A DNA stretch of 64,000 nucleotides from positions 166,780,001-166,844,000 of the forward strand of contig OZ038378.1 of assembly GCA_964036045.1 (NCBI GenBank), read 5' to 3'. The position numbers and the translations under genes are program-made. Numbering within the stretch: position 1 is the stretch's first letter; every line of letters begins with the position of its first letter. The notes under the pieces are model-generated. The model saw nothing but the letters and a program-made list of their open reading frames with translations, did no database searches and was not told the origin of the DNA. The stretch is from Eutreptiella sp. 'Long Island Sound 2002' (lineage: Eukaryota; Protista; Euglenida). This document shows, piece after piece, positions 59,962-64,000 of this stretch.

Positions 59962-61972
59962 GGGCACGCGGGGGGAGGGTCAGGCAGTGGCACCGTGTAC
60001 ATGGCAGATGTGTCCGTCGCCATACGAACATACTTCTCCATTTCGTCCGATGAATGGTCTGACGGCCCACTGCAACTGGCAGCAAGGGCGATTACATCAG
60101 GATCCAGGGAAGCATACATGTCTGCCCTCCGTCAGTTCGCCAAAAACAGCGAATCATCCGATACTCTTGAGGTCGCACTCAACAAGAGAATCTGCGCAAT
60201 CGCCAGGCGAAAGCGGGGTAGATCTGCAGCAACCGGACTGGTGTCCGCGCTCCGAGTGCTGGAGAAACTCAGGCTCTTACCCCCTTCAGTCCTCCAACTC
60301 CACTGGCTGCAAGTGGAGGCCATTGCACGCATCACAGCACCCCATGCCCCCCCGAGACCCTACGGTACGGCACAACACCTCGAGTTCCTCGGCAGGGCCC
60401 GTATCCACTGGGCGTGGCCCCGCCTGTTCTTCCTCGCGACTTGCGCAGTTGTCTTCAGAATGCGTAGCGGGGATTCGGAAAGCGTCTCGTGGGAAGGGAT
60501 CACCACCCCTGGGTGGATCGAGTTTTTCGATGAGAAACGTGGAAAAGAATGGGTGCAGTACCCACTCTCGCCCTTCCTTGAACAATGGAGGAAGTACGTA
60601 CTATCCCTTAAGCACCCCAACACCCCCCCCCAAAGCCCAGTCCTGCCAGGTGGCAGGAATGCACTGCGCAGCATCCAGAAAGAGTGCATGCAACACTGCC
60701 CCCTTGGGCACATCACATGGCATCCATGGGCACGCATGGCTGCAGCTGCATTCAGGATCCTGGGAGGAAAACTGGCCAGCCTGGCAGACTGGGGAAGGTG
60801 GAAGGACCTCAAACAGGCCAGGCACTATGCCAAGGCACCTGCAGACTGGTCCCTGCCTGAGTTCCTCTCCCTACCCTACCCTGAGAGCTTCACAGGCTTC
60901 CCTTCACGCGACATGGGAGGGGTATCCATCAGAACAAAAGATGTCTGGCCAAGGGAGGCCTGGGAAAAGCGAACAGGGCCCAGGAAACCCCCGCCGAAGC
61001 CAGCTCCCGAATCCGTCAAGCGCCAAAAGCCTCGGGGCACGGCCGGTGAAAACCGGGGCGCGAAGCCAAACCAGTCTGACTCATCTGAAGACTCCTCCTC
61101 TTCCGGAGACTCCTCAGATGAGGGCATGGAAGTGGACGAGGATACCACAAACCCCCCCCCACCCCCTGATGTGGCCGACGCCGGGGCAGGCACCACTGAA
61201 CCCGCTGCTGCGACAGCCCCCACTGAGGGAAGCAAAAACTGCCCCATCGTCCTGGATGACCCCAGAGATGGCATCGCCCCCCCCAAAGTGGGCCCCACAA
61301 GTCCTGATGCGGGGCGACCAGACGAGGGGCTCGACGGGGTGGCGGGGGAAGGAGCAGTTGAGGCAGAACCCACCCCAATGGTCGGCCCCAGAGAAGCGGA
61401 TCCCCAACCATCGGAGGGAACCACCACTGCAGACACCGGTTCCTCACTGGCCCCAGGGGATGGATGTCTCACGCCACAGGCGCAGATACGGTCAGGACCC
61501 CCCCCTGCAGAAAGAGCAATGGACAGGCCCCCCTCCCCCACCCCCCAGACCCCACCCCCAGCCCCCCCGAGAGGGCCTCAGGGCATGCCCCCCCCCCCCC
61601 CCCCAGACTGCCCCGAGGGCAGTCCCAGCCCAGGCAGAAAACGCCCACACAAGCGACTTTTTGCCCTCGACAAGCGCCCCCACGTGCCCAGTGGTGAAAC
61701 ACCGTACCCAGCAGACAAGGTACCGATGGTACAGAATCCGCTGCCCCCACCTGAGCCACGAGACACGGCACCACACAGTGGCTATGACGTCTGTGCGCCT
61801 ATGCGGCACGGACGTTTCCTCCACTGGGTACCAGGACAAATGCTACTGCCAGCTCCTGGAGAGGCACCATGGCCCGATGATAAAGAGGATCGTGACCAGC
61901 CGACCCCGAATGATCACGACAACGGATTGTGCATGCAGGGGTGCCAGGGGTGCAGGAGAGAGACAACATTAA
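59723..61972 (+). CDS. Overlapping +1-frame ORF (749 aa from GTG; stop-free from 59669), S/P/R-rich, no recognised domain
   Basis: Open for 768 codons across the gag 3' end, the gag stop and the whole YR region. It terminates at TAA 61970-72, at the inferred right junction. Confidence 0.45.
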   Translation: MSAGGTTGNSTARMRTPRECHRCSKAPQEMQHNPTPSNPFRVPVHPPPRRESPNSPTRRPNNTCSPFTEKWGSKLETRHRGTRGEGQAVAPCTWQMCPSPYEHTSPFRPMNGLTAHCNWQQGRLHQDPGKHTCLPSVSSPKTANHPILLRSHSTRESAQSPGESGVDLQQPDWCPRSECWRNSGSYPLQSSNSTGCKWRPLHASQHPMPPRDPTVRHNTSSSSAGPVSTGRGPACSSSRLAQLSSECVAGIRKASRGKGSPPLGGSSFSMRNVEKNGCSTHSRPSLNNGGSTYYPLSTPTPPPKAQSCQVAGMHCAASRKSACNTAPLGTSHGIHGHAWLQLHSGSWEENWPAWQTGEGGRTSNRPGTMPRHLQTGPCLSSSPYPTLRASQASLHATWEGYPSEQKMSGQGRPGKSEQGPGNPRRSQLPNPSSAKSLGARPVKTGARSQTSLTHLKTPPLPETPQMRAWKWTRIPQTPPHPLMWPTPGQAPLNPLLRQPPLREAKTAPSSWMTPEMASPPPKWAPQVLMRGDQTRGSTGWRGKEQLRQNPPQWSAPEKRIPNHRREPPLQTPVPHWPQGMDVSRHRRRYGQDPPLQKEQWTGPPPPPPRPHPQPPREGLRACPPPPPQTAPRAVPAQAENAHTSDFLPSTSAPTCPVVKHRTQQTRYRWYRIRCPHLSHETRHHTVAMTSVRLCGTDVSSTGYQDKCYCQLLERHHGPMIKRIVTSRPRMITTTDCACRGARGAGERQH

Positions 61973-62268
61973 ACTCCCCACTGCTCACCACTCGGAAAGG
62001 AGTGCGCCTAGATGCGATCCTCGTCTCCGACACAATCTGGCACGCATTGACTCCCACAGGGTGCTCCACTCGCACCTACCCATCCGCCGGTGACCACAAA
62101 GCAGTGGCGGCAATCTTTGGCTCTGCCATCCAAGATGGATCCGACCACCGGGAGTACACTGGTTTCCGTGCAACACTGGCACACGAGCACCTTCAATACA
62201 TTTCAGAAGCACATGACCAAGTGGTCTCGGCAGACGACCCTGTCCGGGTCCCCACAGGAGCGGTATGA
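59995..62268 (+). CDS. DIRS-class tyrosine recombinase (core ~60080-60830) with a long acidic/Pro-rich tail, running in frame into the LINE APE C-half
   Basis: SGSREAYMSALRQF (SAM-like N-domain), FRMRSGD (R), FFDEK (K), WHPWARMAAA (HxxR box variant), WGRW, ARHY (Y nucleophile position). Confidence 0.85.
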   Translation: MYMADVSVAIRTYFSISSDEWSDGPLQLAARAITSGSREAYMSALRQFAKNSESSDTLEVALNKRICAIARRKRGRSAATGLVSALRVLEKLRLLPPSVLQLHWLQVEAIARITAPHAPPRPYGTAQHLEFLGRARIHWAWPRLFFLATCAVVFRMRSGDSESVSWEGITTPGWIEFFDEKRGKEWVQYPLSPFLEQWRKYVLSLKHPNTPPQSPVLPGGRNALRSIQKECMQHCPLGHITWHPWARMAAAAFRILGGKLASLADWGRWKDLKQARHYAKAPADWSLPEFLSLPYPESFTGFPSRDMGGVSIRTKDVWPREAWEKRTGPRKPPPKPAPESVKRQKPRGTAGENRGAKPNQSDSSEDSSSSGDSSDEGMEVDEDTTNPPPPPDVADAGAGTTEPAAATAPTEGSKNCPIVLDDPRDGIAPPKVGPTSPDAGRPDEGLDGVAGEGAVEAEPTPMVGPREADPQPSEGTTTADTGSSLAPGDGCLTPQAQIRSGPPPAERAMDRPPSPTPQTPPPAPPRGPQGMPPPPPPDCPEGSPSPGRKRPHKRLFALDKRPHVPSGETPYPADKVPMVQNPLPPPEPRDTAPHSGYDVCAPMRHGRFLHWVPGQMLLPAPGEAPWPDDKEDRDQPTPNDHDNGLCMQGCQGCRRETTLNSPLLTTRKGVRLDAILVSDTIWHALTPTGCSTRTYPSAGDHKAVAAIFGSAIQDGSDHREYTGFRATLAHEHLQYISEAHDQVVSADDPVRVPTGAV

Positions 62269-64000
62269 AGCCATTTTCCATGAAATTCACCAATTTGTCC
62301 AGAACCACCGGCCTAAGCCGCCCGAGGTAGACGTCAAGGAGGAGCAGTTTAGGACGGCCTGCAAGTACGCCCCCCACATCTCAGCGTGCACTGAAGGACT
62401 GGGGCGACTACATGGGCAGAAAGCAGGCCATTGCGTCGCACAAGGCATTACGCCGGTTCCACAAGTCTGCAATCAAGTCCGCCCGAACATTCTACCAGGA
62501 CATGAAGGTCTGGATGCACACCCCGTTCCAAATGACGCAGCCTCAACCCACAAAAGAGTCCATGGCAAAGCATTTGCCTCACTTCGCGGGAGATCCACCC
62601 TGGGATCCCGAAGTCATGTGCTCACTCCTACGCCAGTCGCTGACGCCCCAACCCGGCTTCCGAACCACCGCCCCGACATGGGACCAATTCTTAAAAGCCC
62701 TGGGGCGACCCAAACGGAAAGCGGCAGGCCCGGACGGGATCGCACCCCACCTCTTGGGATGGCTGCCACCTGCCCTCCAATGGGAGTTGTGCCTGTGCAT
62801 AGTAAGCGCCTGGAACACCGGGATCATGCCGAAACAGTGGAGCACGTCGCGAGTCACCCTCCTATACAAAAAGGGCTCCCCCACCTCAGCACTGAATTAT
62901 CGGCCCATATCCGTCTCCGGCTGCATGTACACCCTCTTTGCCTCACTGCTGCTACAAGCCATGGAACGGCCCCTCAATCAAGCGTTATCGCCAGAGCAGG
63001 CGGGAGCACGCAAAGGCCACACCACCAGCGCACAGGCACTGAACCTCTGGTCCACACTGCTCCAAAAATGACAATCCCAGCTACGTATGTTTGCTTGACG
63101 TCGCCAAAGCTTTCCCCAGCACACCGCACGCCGCCATCCTGCAAGCCCTCCACTGTATCGGTGCCCCGGCGCATCTCCTCCAGCTGGTCGAACAGATCTA
63201 CCAACGGCCTATCAATCAGTGCGGCGGACTCACCTACAGGGTCCACAGAGGCATCAAAGAAGGGTGCCCCCTATCTCCGGCCCTTTTCACCTTGGTCTAT
63301 CAGTCTTTCCATGGGACCTTGCAGAGAGAGTTCCCTGACGTTGATTTCTTCATCTATGTTGACGGACATAGCTTTCATCGCCAGGTCCGAGGCCGAACTA
63401 CAGGCTGTCCTCCGCCGAGTGCAGGAGCTCTCCCAGCTCCTCGGCTTCAAGATCAACCACTCCAAAACAGAGGTCATCCACTGGGCCTCCCGCTATCGGA
63501 AGCACCAAGTGCACTGGGCTGGCCACACCATCACTGCCTCCCCGCCATTGTTCAAATACCTGGGCCACCTCATTGCGCATCCCACCATGCTGCAGGCAGC
63601 CAGGGCGGACATCCAGCACACCGTCCAATGTGACTTGGCCAGATACCGCACACTGCCACTCGATGCCTTCGAGCGCACCCAGTTACTGTCCTCGGTGCTC
63701 ATGCCCCGATGGGTATACCGCTCACTCTTCGTGGCCAGCGACCACGTGCTCCACGACATTGACATGATGGCCCGGGAGTTCGTCACGACTACCAAAGGGG
63801 TGGAGCGGCGCCACCATGTCCTCCATCTCACCGACCCGGTCTGCCAGGGTGGCACAGGGCTCCACCAAATGTATTGGGCATTCCGCTGCCGCTACATCAC
63901 TTTGCTCCAAACTGCGCTCCGTGACCGCCACGGCAAGGTTCGGGCAATTGCCCCCGCCACCGCCCCCTTCAGCATCCCGCTCCACCACCGGTACCGCCGG
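62231..64000 (+). pseudogene. LINE reverse transcriptase region with four +1 frameshifts
   Basis: Frame moves +1 at ~62230, ~62370 (C run), ~63066 (A run) and 63364 (GAC g GAC inside YVDD). No internal nonsense codons seen in the reconstructed path. Confidence 0.85.

Larger units (their letters stand above)
58592..61974 (+). mobile_element. Inserted gag + tyrosine-recombinase cassette (VIPER/TATE/Ngaro-like gene order) without RT/RNase H
   Basis: Sits between APE motifs LLD and RLD. Joining at the shared AAC (58589-91 / 61972-74) restores in-frame LLDPASCVTTDMNSPLLTTRKGVRLD. The exact junction is ambiguous by about 10 nt. Confidence 0.75.
58150..64000 (+). mobile_element. APE-RT non-LTR retrotransposon (LINE); 5' end apparently missing, APE split by an insertion, RT frameshifted, runs off the window
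   Basis: APE N-part: LIAYHE, AANIHGP, LLMGDFN, LLDP (58150-58590). APE C-part: TTRKGVRLDAILVS, AGDHKAV (61975-62110). RT: KAAGPDGI, NYRPIS, EQAGARKG, LDVAKAFPS, GIKEGCPLSP, YVD+D, KINHSKTE, FKYLG. Confidence 0.9.

Overview
Eukaryotic nuclear DNA from a repeat-rich protist-type genome. The taxon cannot be fixed from the sequence. GTRTG intron donors, gag/tyrosine-recombinase (YR) retroelements and one spliced-leader-like motif are compatible with a euglenozoan, which is inference only. Host genes: (1) a NIMA-related kinase (NEK1-like) reconstructed by hand as 14 phase-consistent exons with 13 GT-AG introns (24661-47299, +, about 1140 aa, first exon not found); (2) an uninterrupted 699-aa SMYD-like SET protein with a poly-Glu tail (54412-56511, +); (3) spliced RNI-like LRR fragments (7.3-8.9 kb, -); (4) weak exon candidates at 48.8-51.4 kb. 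The rest is mostly mobile DNA. A complete 4958-bp Mutator-like element (67-bp TIRs, 9-bp TSD) has inverted 21-bp minisatellite arms and encodes a pseudo-J-domain + SWIM protein without a visible DDE core. There are two copies of a MITE with 3-bp TSDs, several palindromic-motif TIR modules, and decayed RT relics. The most unusual object is at 58.6-62.0 kb: an RT-less gag(CCHC)-TAG-YR cassette that splits the APE endonuclease of a LINE. It carries a 768-codon stop-free overlapping +1 frame that ends at the inferred right junction. No CRISPR, rRNA or intact tRNA genes were seen.
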